Assembly: GCA_031800425.1 (NCBI GenBank)
Contig: DAPKRR010000398.1
Coordinates: 3,220 to 67,219, forward strand
DNA length: 64,000 bases
Direction of reading: 5' to 3'
From: Sandaracinaceae bacterium LLY-WYZ-13_1
GTDB lineage: Bacteria; Myxococcota_A; Polyangia; Polyangiales; Sandaracinaceae
A model generated the notes under the pieces. That model was not told the origin of the DNA, searched no databases, and was given only the letters and a program-made list of their open reading frames with translations. This document shows positions 13,997-32,538 of the stretch, in pieces. A program made the position numbers and the translations under genes. The stretch's first letter is position 1. Every line of letters starts with the position of its first letter.

Positions 13997-15354
13997 CGCA
14001 GGGAGGCCTCCCGGGCCCCTCCGTCCGGCGCGTCGTCCTCCGCGATCCGGACCGCCATGCCGTCCACCGGCGCGGCGAGTCGGTTGACCACCACGCGGTC
14101 TCCCGGCTCGATCCCCGACGACAGCAGGACCGAGTCCTCGCGCCGCCAGGCGACCTCCACCGCGCGGATGTCGAGGGCGCCGTCGTCGGTGGCCACCCAG
14201 ACCTCGGCTCCGTCGCGGAGGGCCGCCCTCGGGACCCGGACGACGTCGTCGGGCAAGGGCTCGGCCCGAAGCGTCACGTCCACGAAGCTCCCGAGCAGCA
14301 GCGGCACCTCGCGGGGCCCCTCCGGCCGCTCGAGCCCGAGCGGGTCGGGCACGACGACGACCACCCGGGCCATCGCGCCCCGGTCGTCGACCGCGGGCAC
14401 GAGCCCGCCGACGTAGCCCTCCCAGGTGTAGGCCCGGCCCCGCAGCTCCTGACGGATCACCGCCGGCGACCCCCGCTCGCCGGAGCCGGCCGGCGGGATG
14501 CGCAGGGCGGGCAGCGCGGAGACCTGCACCGAGACCCGCACACGGTAGGCGTCGGTGCCCACCACCGTGGCCACCGGCGCCTGCGGACCGACCTGCTGCC
14601 CCTCGTCGACGCTCTCCTCGAGCACCTGCGCCGCGTACGGCGCCCGGAGGCGCGTGCGCGAGAGGTTCAGCCGCGCCTGGCGGAGCTGGCTGCGCGCCGA
14701 GGCGAGCTGGGCCTCGGCCGCCTCGACCTGGGGCTCGTTCGAGGCGAGGGCCCGGCCGGTGGCGGTGGGCACCGCGCTCCGCTGGTCGAAGAGCTCCCAG
14801 GTCTCCTCCGCCACGGTGCGCGCGCTCTCCTCTCGCATGAGCCCGACGCGCGCCTGCTCCACCTGCCCCCGGCTCCCGCGCACCGCCAGCTCGTAGTCGG
14901 AGGGATCCACCCGGAGCATCGGCTCGCCCTCGTCGAAGCGGCCACCCTCGATCAGCCGGGGCGAGACCCACACCACCCGCCCCGCCACCCGCGGGGCGAG
15001 CTGGCTGCGCCGGGCCGGCCGCACCGTGCCCTGGGCGTGGAGCTCCGGCGGCGCGGTGTGAACCGCGGCGCGCGCGATCTCGACGAGCGCGCCCTCGGCG
15101 GTCGCCGGCTCCTGCGCCGGGGTCGGGGCGGTGGCCCGCAGCAGCATCACGAGCCCGACCCCCGCCGCGATCACCAGCAGCGGCGCCACGACGCGCATCG
15201 CGCGGCGCAGGCGTGAGCCCTCCTCGTCCGCCTCCCCGGACGGCCGGTCGCCCGCCTCGTCCCGGCCCGTCTCCCGCTCGTCCGGGGTGGCCTCGGACGC
15301 CGGATCCCGGGGGTCGAGCGCCAGCGCGGGCGGTTCTGGGCGATCGTCGGCCAA
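13993..15354 (-). CDS. RND efflux periplasmic adaptor (membrane fusion protein)
   Basis: It has a TM anchor ([18 protein letters not shown]) and a coiled-coil hairpin ([25 protein letters not shown]). The TTG start is preceded by GGAGG with a 4-nt spacer. Confidence 0.85.
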   Translation of the reverse strand: MADDRPEPPALALDPRDPASEATPDERETGRDEAGDRPSGEADEEGSRLRRAMRVVAPLLVIAAGVGLVMLLRATAPTPAQEPATAEGALVEIARAAVHTAPPELHAQGTVRPARRSQLAPRVAGRVVWVSPRLIEGGRFDEGEPMLRVDPSDYELAVRGSRGQVEQARVGLMREESARTVAEETWELFDQRSAVPTATGRALASNEPQVEAAEAQLASARSQLRQARLNLSRTRLRAPYAAQVLEESVDEGQQVGPQAPVATVVGTDAYRVRVSVQVSALPALRIPPAGSGERGSPAVIRQELRGRAYTWEGYVGGLVPAVDDRGAMARVVVVVPDPLGLERPEGPREVPLLLGSFVDVTLRAEPLPDDVVRVPRAALRDGAEVWVATDDGALDIRAVEVAWRREDSVLLSSGIEPGDRVVVNRLAAPVDGMAVRIAEDDAPDGGAREASLR

Positions 15355-15503
15355 GGTTCCTCCGTGGCGGGCGCGTCGCTCCGCCCACCCCGACGACGCG
15401 CTCTCGCGTCTCTCGTAGGCACGGACGCCTCACCCCCAACCCCGGCGGCCGCCTCCGCTCGCGGCGTGCGCCCCGGACCTCCGGGTGTACTCTGGGCGAG
15501 GCC

Positions 15504-17218
<1,715 letters not shown>

Positions 17219-17237
<19 letters not shown>

Positions 17238-18244
17238 GGCTCGATCAGGTTGTCCGCCACGTCCCAGCCGTCGGGCGGATCGCCGCAGAGCCAGCAGCCC
17301 ACCGCGTCGCTGAAGGCCCGGTTGCCGCGGCTCACCAACCGCTCGATGGACGGGTCGGCCAGGAAGAGCGACGGGCTGACGTGGTGCAGGCGGTTCTCGT
17401 CGAACCAGACGCGCCCGAGCGCGTCGCCGGGCAGCGTCCCGAGCATCACGCCCGTGTTCACCAGGACGTTGCGCGCGGCGTAGGCCAGGTCGCTGCGCCC
17501 GTGCACCCGGTAGTTGTGCTTGGCCCCGTTGGACAGGCGGTTGTCCACCGTCACCGCCCGGTTCACCTGCACGAGCCGGACGGTGGCCTCGGGCCCCTCG
17601 GAGGCGAAGTCGTTGCCCACCAGGACGATGTCCTCGCTCTGGAACTCGTCGGTCTGGCCGCACCACACCGAGTAGCGCACCGCCCGCGCCTCGCTGTCGA
17701 CGATCGCGACGCGGCGGCCACGGATGAGGAACGCGCTGTCGGGCGCGTCCACCTCGACGCCCTCGAACAGCACGTCCTCGACGAGCCACTCCTCGCGCCA
17801 CTCCTCCGGCCCGGGGAAGAAGCGCGCCGGGACCTGGAGCTCCAGGCTCTCCCAGCGTCCGCCCCGGACGAGGATCCGGGCGTGCGCGCGCTCGACCAGC
17901 AGGCTCCCCACGGCGACGCCGTCGTCGACGAGGATCTCCACGTCGTCGGCCCGCACGAACGCGCGGCCGTCGAAGCCCGCGGTCACGCGGATCCGCGTCC
18001 CGGGCACGCTCGCCGCCTCGGTGAACGCGTCGGCGCTCGTCACCTCGACCTCGCGGGTGATGGTGGGCGCCGCCGGCAGGCGGATCTCGAGCCCGTCCGG
18101 GAGCGCGCCCAGGTCCAGGCTCGACGAGGGCGTCCCGCCGTCCGACGCCGCGCTCGGCCCCGAGCACGCGGCCAGCACCCACGCGAGGCCCCCCGCGATT
18201 CCGAGGAGCCGGCGCGCCCGCCCGATCCGCTCAGAAGCCCGCAT
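17219..18244 (-). CDS. Lipoprotein with right-handed beta-helix-like repeats, paralog A; possible polysaccharide lyase/hydrolase fold
   Basis: The lipobox is VLAAC. Repeated short beta-strand/Asn-ladder-like segments occur (VDNRLSNGAKHNYRVHG, VLVNTGVMLG). By eye it is about 45% identical to the product of 27042..28136. Confidence 0.7.
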
Positions 18245-18650
18245 CGGCTCCCCACCCCGGGGCCTCGCAGCAGCGCTCCCGCGACCAGCCGAGGTCGAAG
18301 GTCTCGGTGCGCCCGCCCGACTCCACCACGAAGCGCCCCACCGTGACGGGCTCCCCTCCGCAGGCGCAGAGCGCCACGCAGAAGCGCCGGCCCTCCGCGT
18401 CGATCGACTCGTCGGTCCATTCCCGGGCGTCGGTGTAGACCTCGGCGCCCTCCCGCACCGGCTCGAACGCGATCCGGTCCACCGTCACCGGCGCCTCGCC
18501 GGTCGGCACCACCTCCACGCACTCGGTGTCGGCGCCGTCCGCCGTCATGCCCTCGCCGACCTGCGAGACCTCCACGTCGCCGGCCCCGCCGCCGCAGGCG
18601 AGCAGCCCCCACGCCGCGAGGGCGACCAACCCCACGAACCGTCCTCCCAT
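18231..18650 (-). CDS. Small lipoprotein, function unknown
   Basis: The signal peptide and lipobox are MGGRFVGLVALAAWGLLAC. GC3 is high. Its 3' end overlaps the start of 17219..18244 by 14 nt. GTG 18686 is an alternative start. Confidence 0.55.
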   Translation of the reverse strand: MGGRFVGLVALAAWGLLACGGGAGDVEVSQVGEGMTADGADTECVEVVPTGEAPVTVDRIAFEPVREGAEVYTDAREWTDESIDAEGRRFCVALCACGGEPVTVGRFVVESGGRTETFDLGWSRERCCEAPGWGADAGF

Positions 18651-18742
18651 GACGGCGAGCCTACCGCGAACGTGCCGCCGACTCACCCCGTCGCGTGCCG
18701 CACCTTGACGTCGCCCCGTTCGGGTCTGTCTAAAGGGGCCCC

Positions 18743-20761
<2,019 letters not shown>

Positions 20762-20771
20762 TTCGGAGGGT

Positions 20772-26038
<5,267 letters not shown>

Positions 26039-26118
26039 TCCGCGTTCGGGCCCGACGGTCGACGGGCCGGGCCCCCGGCGGGTTCATCGGTGAGCCCCTC
26101 CTGCCGTTGTCTCGCGGC

Positions 26119-26610
26119 ATGAGCAACGCATGGAGCATCGCCATCGCCGCGTCCCTCCTGCTCGGCGGCTGCTGCGCCGAGGGCGCCGGCACCCACTCGG
26201 TGGACGCGAGCGTATCCGCGAGCGACGCGAGCCCGGGCGCGAGCCTGCGCGAGGTCGAGGCCACGCCCCAGTACTACCCCGTGTGCACCGTCGACGACGC
26301 CTCGCGCTGCCCGCCGGTGGACGAGGAGGGGCACCGCGGGACCTACGGCTTCTCGACCGAGGGCGCGTGCCGGGAGGCCTGCCAGTGCCGGCACGCCTGC
26401 GAGACGCTCCTGGACTGCCCCCTGCCCCACACCGGCACCTCGAGCCCCGAGTGCGTCGGCGGCACCTGCATGCTGCCCTGCGACCACCGGTTCCGCTGCC
26501 CGGCCGGCATGGCGTGCGTCGAGGACGAGTCGCGGGGCAGCCGCTGGTGCATGTGGGTCCACGAGACCGGCAACTGCCGCCCGCTCGACGCCGGCGCCCC
26601 CGAGGCGTGA
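26119..26610 (+). CDS. Cys-rich secreted lipoprotein, function unknown
   Basis: The signal peptide and lipobox are AASLLLGGC. The mature part contains at least 14 Cys. Confidence 0.6.
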   Translation: MSNAWSIAIAASLLLGGCCAEGAGTHSVDASVSASDASPGASLREVEATPQYYPVCTVDDASRCPPVDEEGHRGTYGFSTEGACREACQCRHACETLLDCPLPHTGTSSPECVGGTCMLPCDHRFRCPAGMACVEDESRGSRWCMWVHETGNCRPLDAGAPEA

Positions 26611-26613
26611 CGC

Positions 26614-27075
26614 ATGGCCCTGGTCGAGCTGATCTACCACAGCCGCGCCGCCGAGCCGCTCGAGGAGACGGCCATCGCGGAGCTCGCCCTCTCGGCGGCC
26701 GCCCGGAACGACGAGCTCCGCCTCACGGGCTTCCTCGCGGCGGCCGATGGCTGGTTCCTGCAGGTCCTCGAGGGTGACCGGGCCACCGTCTCCGAGCTCT
26801 ACCACCGCATCGCGGTCGATCCGCGCCACCGGGAGCTGACCCTGATGCGGGTGCGGCCGATCCACGCGCGCCGCTTCGACCGATGGAACATGGGCGTCGC
26901 CGGCGAGAGCGCGCTCGAGCGCTCGCTCCTGCTGAGGCACGGCGCCACCGAGCACTTCGATCCGGCGTCGATGAGCGCGGCGTCGGCCCACGCGCTGCTC
27001 GAGGCGCTGGCGGCGCGCGCGGCGACGGCGGATCGGCCGGGTCAGTCGGGATCGGATCCGTCGGGCGGCCGGTAG
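26614..27075 (+). CDS. Stand-alone BLUF-domain blue-light photoreceptor
   Basis: Sequence LIYHSRA...NDELRLTGFL...FLQVLEG...DPRH...WNMG matches BLUF. Tyr8, Asn32, Gln50, Trp91 and Met93 are all at canonical positions. Confidence 0.85.
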   Translation: MALVELIYHSRAAEPLEETAIAELALSAAARNDELRLTGFLAAADGWFLQVLEGDRATVSELYHRIAVDPRHRELTLMRVRPIHARRFDRWNMGVAGESALERSLLLRHGATEHFDPASMSAASAHALLEALAARAATADRPGQSGSDPSGGR

Positions 27076-28136
27076 GCCTCGACCCGGTTGCCCTCGACCT
27101 CCCAGCCGTCGCCGCGGCTGCACACCAGGCAGTCCCAGCGGTCGCTGAACACGCGGTTTCCTCGGGCCACGAGCCGCTCGATGCGCGCCGGCGGCGCCTG
27201 CAGCAGGCTCGGCACGTCGTGGTGGAAGGTGTTGTCCACCAACCAGACGGTGCCGACCTCGTCCCCCTCCATCGAGCCGACCATGATGCCCGTGTTCAGC
27301 AGCGTGTTGCGCCCGAAGAAGACCGCGTCGCTGTCGCCGTGGACGCGGAAGTCGTGCTTGCGCGTGTTGGACAGCACGTTGTCGACGACGACGGCGCGCC
27401 GCACGTCGACCAGCCGCACCGTCGACTCGGGCCCCGCCGAGGTCAGGCGGTTGCCGGCGAGGATCAGATCCTCGGAGTGGAAGTCGTCCGTGTCCCCCGT
27501 CCAGACCGAGTAGCGCTCCGCCTCGGCGGTGCTGTCCACCAGCGCCAGGCGCTGGCCGCGCAAGAAGAACGCGGTGTCCTCCGCGTCCACCTCGACGCCC
27601 TCGATCGTGACGTCGGTCACCCGCCACGCGGGCCGGAACTCCGGCGGCGGCGGCACGTGCTGCGCGGGCACGGCCAGCTCGATGGTGCCGTAGCGGCCCC
27701 CGGTGATGCGGATCCGGTGCCGGCCGCGCGCCACGAGCACGCGGCCGATGCGCACCCCTTCGTCGACCCGGAGCTCCACGTCGTCGGCGCGGACCGTCAC
27801 CTCGTCCAGGTCGGCGTGAACGCGCAGGCGCGAGCCCGCCCGCCGCGCCGCCGCCGCGGCCGTCGTGGCGTCTCGTACGTCGATCTCGCGTCGCACCCGC
27901 GGCTGCTCCGGCCAGGGCACCTCGAGGCCCTCCGGGAGCGCCCCCAGGTCCACGTCGGGCGGCGCGCTCTGCGGGGGCGGCGGCTCGGGGTCGGGAGGAT
28001 CGTCGGCCAGGGGCAGGGGCGCGCCGCGCCCGGCGCCCGAGCGCCCGGAGGCGTGACCATCCGAGCCGCACGCCGACGGGGCGCAGGCGAGGCTCACCGC
28101 GAAGAGCATCCGAGCGGCGGCGCCCCGGAGGCTCAC
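27042..28136 (-). CDS. Lipoprotein with right-handed beta-helix-like repeats, paralog B
   Basis: It is collinear with 17219..18244 along its whole length. The signal/lipobox is AVSLAC. GTG 28136 overlaps the upstream TGA (GTGA). ATG 28109 is an alternative start. Confidence 0.7.
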   Translation of the reverse strand: MSLRGAAARMLFAVSLACAPSACGSDGHASGRSGAGRGAPLPLADDPPDPEPPPPQSAPPDVDLGALPEGLEVPWPEQPRVRREIDVRDATTAAAAARRAGSRLRVHADLDEVTVRADDVELRVDEGVRIGRVLVARGRHRIRITGGRYGTIELAVPAQHVPPPPEFRPAWRVTDVTIEGVEVDAEDTAFFLRGQRLALVDSTAEAERYSVWTGDTDDFHSEDLILAGNRLTSAGPESTVRLVDVRRAVVVDNVLSNTRKHDFRVHGDSDAVFFGRNTLLNTGIMVGSMEGDEVGTVWLVDNTFHHDVPSLLQAPPARIERLVARGNRVFSDRWDCLVCSRGDGWEVEGNRVEAYRPPDGSDPD

Positions 28137-28981
28137 TCCAGCTCCGTGCGCACCCGCTGAAGGTGGAAGAGGTTGTGGTCGACCACGCGCCAGGCGTCCA
28201 TCGCGCCCTGGCTGAGCAGCTCGAACATCCACTGCCCCTCGCCGCCCTCGACCTTCACCCGCGGCAGGCTGATCGGGTCCATGCCGGGCTTGATGGTGCC
28301 GTGCATCGAGTTGAAGGCGATGGCGTAGCCGGCGTCGGCGAGCCCGCGCTCGGTGACCGGCGAGAAGTCGCCGCGCGTCCCGAACGGGTAGGCGAAGGAC
28401 GCCACCGCGTGGCCCAGGTGCTCCTCGAGGGTCTCCCGCGAGCGGCGCGCCTCGTCCCGCGCCTCCTCCGGATCCATCATCCCGAGCGAGCGGTGGGTGA
28501 AGGCGTGGCTGCCGATCGCCACCAGCCCCGAGGCCGCGACGGCCCGGATCTCGTCCCAGGTCAAGAAGCGCTCCGGGAGCTCCTCGATGTTCGCCCCGAC
28601 CAGGCTCGTGGTGATGAACGCCACCGCCGGCACGCCGTGGCGCTCGAGGATCGGCAGCGCGGGGTCGAGGGTGCTGATGCAGCCGTCGTCCAACGTCACC
28701 AGGCACGCGCCGTCGGGCAGCGTCTCGCGGCCGGCGACGAAGGCCTGCACCTGCGCCAGCGAGACGGCCAGCCCGCGCTCGGCGAGGAAGCGCATCTGCG
28801 CGTCGAAGGCCTCCGGGGTGACGCAGAAGGCCTCGCGCGGCTCGTAGCCCACGCGGTGGTAGGTCAGCGCGCGCACCCGCGGCCGCCGGCGCACCGCGCG
28901 CCGCGCCACCATCGAGCCGCTCGCCCAGCTCCCGAGCACCGCCGCCTGGCGCGCCGCCTTCTTCACCCACCAGCGCGCCAC
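28133..28981 (-). CDS. Polysaccharide deacetylase (CE4) family protein
   Basis: Motifs LTYHRV, TLDDG and GSHAFTH are present. The start lies 1 nt after the stop of the upstream adenylation gene. Confidence 0.85.
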   Translation of the reverse strand: MARWWVKKAARQAAVLGSWASGSMVARRAVRRRPRVRALTYHRVGYEPREAFCVTPEAFDAQMRFLAERGLAVSLAQVQAFVAGRETLPDGACLVTLDDGCISTLDPALPILERHGVPAVAFITTSLVGANIEELPERFLTWDEIRAVAASGLVAIGSHAFTHRSLGMMDPEEARDEARRSRETLEEHLGHAVASFAYPFGTRGDFSPVTERGLADAGYAIAFNSMHGTIKPGMDPISLPRVKVEGGEGQWMFELLSQGAMDAWRVVDHNLFHLQRVRTELE

Positions 28982-28982
28982 G

Positions 28983-30569
28983 TCAGCCCTCCTCCAGGCG
29001 CGCCATCAGCGCCTTGCGGTCGATCTTGCCGTTCGGGTTGAGCGGGAAGCGCTCCACCAGGTGGACGGCCGAGGGCTGCATGTAGCCGGGCAGCTTGGCC
29101 CGCGCCGCCTCGAGGACCGCGTCCGCGTCCGCGTCCGGCGCGCCGACGAAGCCCACCACGCCGTCCGCCCCGCTCGCCGTCTTCGGCCAGCCGAGCGCGA
29201 TGGCCGCCTCGGCCCCCGAGACGTCCCGCAGGACCGCCTCGATCTCGCCGAGCTCCACCCGGTAGCCCTGGATCTTGATCTGGTTGTCCACCCGGCCGAG
29301 GTAAATCATCGGCCCGCCCTCGGGCCAGCGCACCCGGTCGCCGGTGCGGTAGAAGGTCCGCCCCTCGCCCGGCGGCACGACGAAGGCCTTCGCCGTCTTC
29401 TCCGGGTCCTCCCAGTAGCCGGGGGTCATCTGCGGCCCGGTCATGAGCAGCTCGCCCGCCTCGCCTCTCGGCACCTCGTGCAGCGCCTCGTCGCAGATCC
29501 GCACCTCCATGTCGGGGTACGGCGCGCCGATCGGGGTCACCCCCATCTCGGCCTCGCCCGGCGACCGCGCCGGATCCCAGCGGTAGAGGGTGCAGGCGAT
29601 GGTGAGCTCGGTGGGCCCGTAGAGGTTCTCCACCGTCGCGTTCGGGGCCGCCTCGGCGAACTTCTCGACGATCTCCACCGGCAGGGCCTCGCCGCAGAAG
29701 AGGGCCCAGCGCAGGGTCGGGTAGCTGCCGGGCTTGAGCATCTTCAGCCGGCTCATCAGGACCCCCGTCGAGGGCACGCTGAACCACACGGTGAGCGCCT
29801 GCTTCTTGACGTACTTGCCGGGGAACATCTTCTGCTGCGCGGTCGGCACGCAGAGACACGCGCCCTTCTCCCAGGCGCAGAACATGTCGAAGACGCTCAG
29901 GTCGAAGGTCAGGTCGAAGGTGTTGCTGAGGCGGTCCGCCTCGGTGATCCCGTAGCGCTCGACCATGAAGTCGACGAAGGGGACGACGTTCCGGTGGGCG
30001 ACCATCACGCCCTTGGGCCGTCCCGTGCTGCCGCTCGTGAAGAGCACGTAGGCGAGGTCGTCGGGGTCGGCCTGGCGGGGCTCGCAGGCGTCGGCCGGCG
30101 CCAGGTCGCCGGCGCCGAGGAAGCGGTGGCTCGGATGGCGCGCGGCGAGCTCGGAGACGTCGTCCGCGTCCGGCGCGAGCACCACGCGCGGCTCGTCGAC
30201 GCCCTCCAGCAGCTCGTCGAGCTGATCGATCGCGGTCGGGTCCACCACCACCGAGCGGCAGCGCGCTCGGGTCATCATCGAGCGGCAGCGCTCGGTGGGG
30301 AACGCCGGGTTGAGCGGCACGTAGCCGTGGCCCCGGGTCAGCGCGCCGAGCACGCCGGCGAAGGCGGTGGGGTGCCGGTGGCCGAAGACCGCGGTCAGCC
30401 GCCCTTCGCCGTCGGGGGCGTGCCGGTCCAGGGTGGCGGCGACGCGGCGCGCCCGGACGTCCAGCTCGCGGTAGGTCAGGGTCTCGTCTCCGACGGTCAG
30501 CGCCTCGCGGTCGGCGTGGCGCTCCGCCGAGGCGGCGAAGCCGGAGCGCAGGGTGCGCGTCGTGGTCAT
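28983..30569 (-). CDS. Stand-alone amino-acid adenylation enzyme (DltA-like, AMP-binding family)
   Basis: Motifs are A3 FTSGSTGRPKG, A4 TFDLSVFDMF (Asp retained, so an alpha-amino acid substrate is likely), A5 NLYGPTE, YRTGD, GRVDNQIKIQGYRVELGEIE and PLNPNGKIDRKAL. No C, T or TE domains are fused to it. Confidence 0.88.
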   Translation of the reverse strand: MTTTRTLRSGFAASAERHADREALTVGDETLTYRELDVRARRVAATLDRHAPDGEGRLTAVFGHRHPTAFAGVLGALTRGHGYVPLNPAFPTERCRSMMTRARCRSVVVDPTAIDQLDELLEGVDEPRVVLAPDADDVSELAARHPSHRFLGAGDLAPADACEPRQADPDDLAYVLFTSGSTGRPKGVMVAHRNVVPFVDFMVERYGITEADRLSNTFDLTFDLSVFDMFCAWEKGACLCVPTAQQKMFPGKYVKKQALTVWFSVPSTGVLMSRLKMLKPGSYPTLRWALFCGEALPVEIVEKFAEAAPNATVENLYGPTELTIACTLYRWDPARSPGEAEMGVTPIGAPYPDMEVRICDEALHEVPRGEAGELLMTGPQMTPGYWEDPEKTAKAFVVPPGEGRTFYRTGDRVRWPEGGPMIYLGRVDNQIKIQGYRVELGEIEAVLRDVSGAEAAIALGWPKTASGADGVVGFVGAPDADADAVLEAARAKLPGYMQPSAVHLVERFPLNPNGKIDRKALMARLEEG

Positions 30570-30586
30570 GGAGCCTCGTGGTTGCT

Positions 30587-30841
30587 TCAAGGTCGGTCGG
30601 CGAAGAACCCGTCCCACAGGGTGTCGACGCTGGTGAAGACCTCCGGCTCGATCTCGTCGGTGTCGATCTCCTCCTCGCGGAGCTCCTCGATGAAGAGCAC
30701 GAACTCCACGATGTCGAGGGACGACAGCAGCCCGGTCTCGAGGAGGGGGGTCTGGTCGGTGAGGTCTCCGCCCTTGGGCGGCGACTTGGCGTGCTCGAGA
30801 ATCCACTCTCGAAGCGCGCCCCGGATCTCCTGCTCGTTCAT
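30587..30841 (-). CDS. Acyl/peptidyl carrier protein
   Basis: The protein is 84 aa. The phosphopantetheine site is TGLLSSLDIVEF. It lies 17 nt upstream of the adenylation gene. Confidence 0.8.
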   Translation of the reverse strand: MNEQEIRGALREWILEHAKSPPKGGDLTDQTPLLETGLLSSLDIVEFVLFIEELREEEIDTDEIEPEVFTSVDTLWDGFFADRP

Positions 30842-30952
30842 GCGTGAGGCCTCGGAATCGACGGCGGCGTCGTCGCGACGCCGGCCCATCCTGAACGATT
30901 TCAGATTCGGAGCAAGTCCCCGAGCGAGCGCGGTCAACAGGGCCATCGCGGC

Positions 30953-31246
30953 TCAGTCGATCGCGTCTTCGGCCAAGCGCTCGGCGGCCGTCTCGGCCTC
31001 CTCGTCCATCGTCTCGGTCGGGTCGGCCTCGACGTCGGTGGCCAGCTCGGCGCGCTCCTCGGCGACCTCCTCGGCGATCTCCTCGTCGACCGGCCCGGCG
31101 CCCATCGCCTCCTGACGGTCCTCCGCCCGCTCCTCGGCGACCTCGCCCATCCGGTCCGAGATCGGATCCGGGTTGTCGACGGTCTCCTCGCAGCCCGCGC
31201 TGCCCAGGGCGGCGGCGGCCGCCACGATCATCAATGCTCTGCTCAT
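30953..31246 (-). CDS. Small highly acidic lipoprotein, function unknown
   Basis: The lipobox is ALGSAGC. The mature part is Glu/Asp/Ala-rich. GC3 is high. Confidence 0.5.
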   Translation of the reverse strand: MSRALMIVAAAAALGSAGCEETVDNPDPISDRMGEVAEERAEDRQEAMGAGPVDEEIAEEVAEERAELATDVEADPTETMDEEAETAAERLAEDAID

Positions 31247-31300
31247 GCTCGTCTCCCGTGTCGTCGGGACGGCGAACCGAGCGAAGGTCGGTGGCGAGGA

Positions 31301-31495
31301 TCAGTCCAGCTTCTCGGGCGGCGCCGGCTTCTCCGGCTCGTCCGCCCCGCGGCCGCCACCTCGGCGGCGCTCCGCGTCCTCGGCGGGCTCGCCCGCCCAG
31401 TCCGGGCCCTGCTCGGGCCGGCGCACGGCCTTGTCGTCGTGGTCCTCGCGCGCCTTCTTCTGGACGTCCTCTACCTTCGGGTCTCGGTCCGTCAT
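31301..31495 (-). CDS. Small hydrophilic protein (64 aa), hypothetical
   Basis: Support is only the ORF, high GC3 and co-orientation within the array. No motif was recognised. Confidence 0.3.
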   Translation of the reverse strand: MTDRDPKVEDVQKKAREDHDDKAVRRPEQGPDWAGEPAEDAERRRGGGRGADEPEKPAPPEKLD

Positions 31496-31535
31496 CGCGT
31501 CCTCGACATAGGAGCGAGCCGGAGGGGCCCAAGCC

Positions 31536-32399
31536 TCAAAGCTCGGGCGCCTCCTGCAGCAAGCCGTTGCGAAGGAAGATGTTGACCAGCTTCTTGCTGG
31601 CCTTGCGTCGGTGCTCGGCGGTCGCCGGATGCGCCAGCGCCATCTTGCGCACCTGGTAGGGCTTGTCGAGCCCGGCGTCCTTGTACATCGTCGGGTTGTA
31701 GAAGTCGTTCCAGCTCGACTTCACGTACTGGCCCAGCCAGTCGGAGAAGCCCTTCTTCGTCTCCTCGTCCCACTTCGGGAGCCAGTGCTCGGCCAGCTCG
31801 GTGAGGTGGCGGCGGCCGAAGCCCAGGTGCCGCGACTCGTCGCGGTGATGCACCCAGTTGATCCGCTTGACGATCGGCTCGATCGCGTCGTCGAGCATCA
31901 TCTTCACGTTGTAGTAATCGCCCAGCTCCTCGACGACGAGCACCTTGCAGAAGAAGGCCAGCTCCTCCTCGCCCTTGGAGTACTCGCGCTCGAGCGCGAC
32001 CTTCTTCTCCGGGTACACCTTCCCGACGTACTTGTTCAGGAAGATCCCGAACATGATCATGTGCTTGTTCTCTTCGTCGATGAAGTGGTGCAGGTACTCG
32101 GTGGCCTCGGGCGAGACGCGCTTGCTGTAGAGGCGGTCGCTCAGCCCGGCGACCAACGGCCGCTCCCCCTGCAGGGTCAAGCTGAAGAAGTTCGCGACCT
32201 CGTAGAGGCTCAGTCGCTTGCGCTGCTCCTCGTTCAGCTCGTCCCAGAGCTCGGTCCCGTGAATCGAGATCAGCTCGGGGGGCATGCAGTAGCGATCGGC
32301 GCTGAGCTCCTCGGGCCAGTCGAACTCCGTGTAGACGTTCCAGAACTGGTCGCGGGACTGTTCGGTCAGTCGGACGGCGAGCTCGTTGGCGGTCGACAT
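31536..32399 (-). CDS. Ferritin-like diiron oxygenase (AurF / p-aminobenzoate N-oxygenase-like family)
   Basis: Carboxylate/His ligand pattern: E (LYEVANFF), ExxH (EENKH), E (VVEELGD) and H...ExxH (HHRDESRH). GGAG lies 13 nt upstream of the ATG. Confidence 0.75.
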   Translation of the reverse strand: MSTANELAVRLTEQSRDQFWNVYTEFDWPEELSADRYCMPPELISIHGTELWDELNEEQRKRLSLYEVANFFSLTLQGERPLVAGLSDRLYSKRVSPEATEYLHHFIDEENKHMIMFGIFLNKYVGKVYPEKKVALEREYSKGEEELAFFCKVLVVEELGDYYNVKMMLDDAIEPIVKRINWVHHRDESRHLGFGRRHLTELAEHWLPKWDEETKKGFSDWLGQYVKSSWNDFYNPTMYKDAGLDKPYQVRKMALAHPATAEHRRKASKKLVNIFLRNGLLQEAPEL

Positions 32400-32435
32400 G
32401 GCTCTTGGATCTCCTCGTGCCTTGGTACGTTCGAG

Positions 32436-32453
32436 CCGGGGAGTCCTCCCCGG
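32436..32453 (-). terminator. 18-nt perfect palindrome between the GNAT-like and diiron oxygenase genes (hairpin of unknown role)
   Basis: The sequence is CCGGGGAGTCCTCCCCGG, located in the 139-nt intergenic gap. Confidence 0.25.
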
Positions 32454-32538
32454 TCCCTACATGACTAGGTCGGGTTTCGGGGGCCTTCAATCGATCGCGG
32501 TGCGATGACGCAGGGACGCCACCTCGGGCGCGGCGCCC

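Noticed and set aside
28983-31532. An 849-aa ORF extending the adenylation enzyme upstream across the carrier protein and small lipoprotein genes.
   Set aside because: The extension is Arg/Gly-rich junk. The adenylation domain starts at MTTTRTL (ATG 30569). The carrier protein (with LSSLD) and the lipoprotein are read in other frames.
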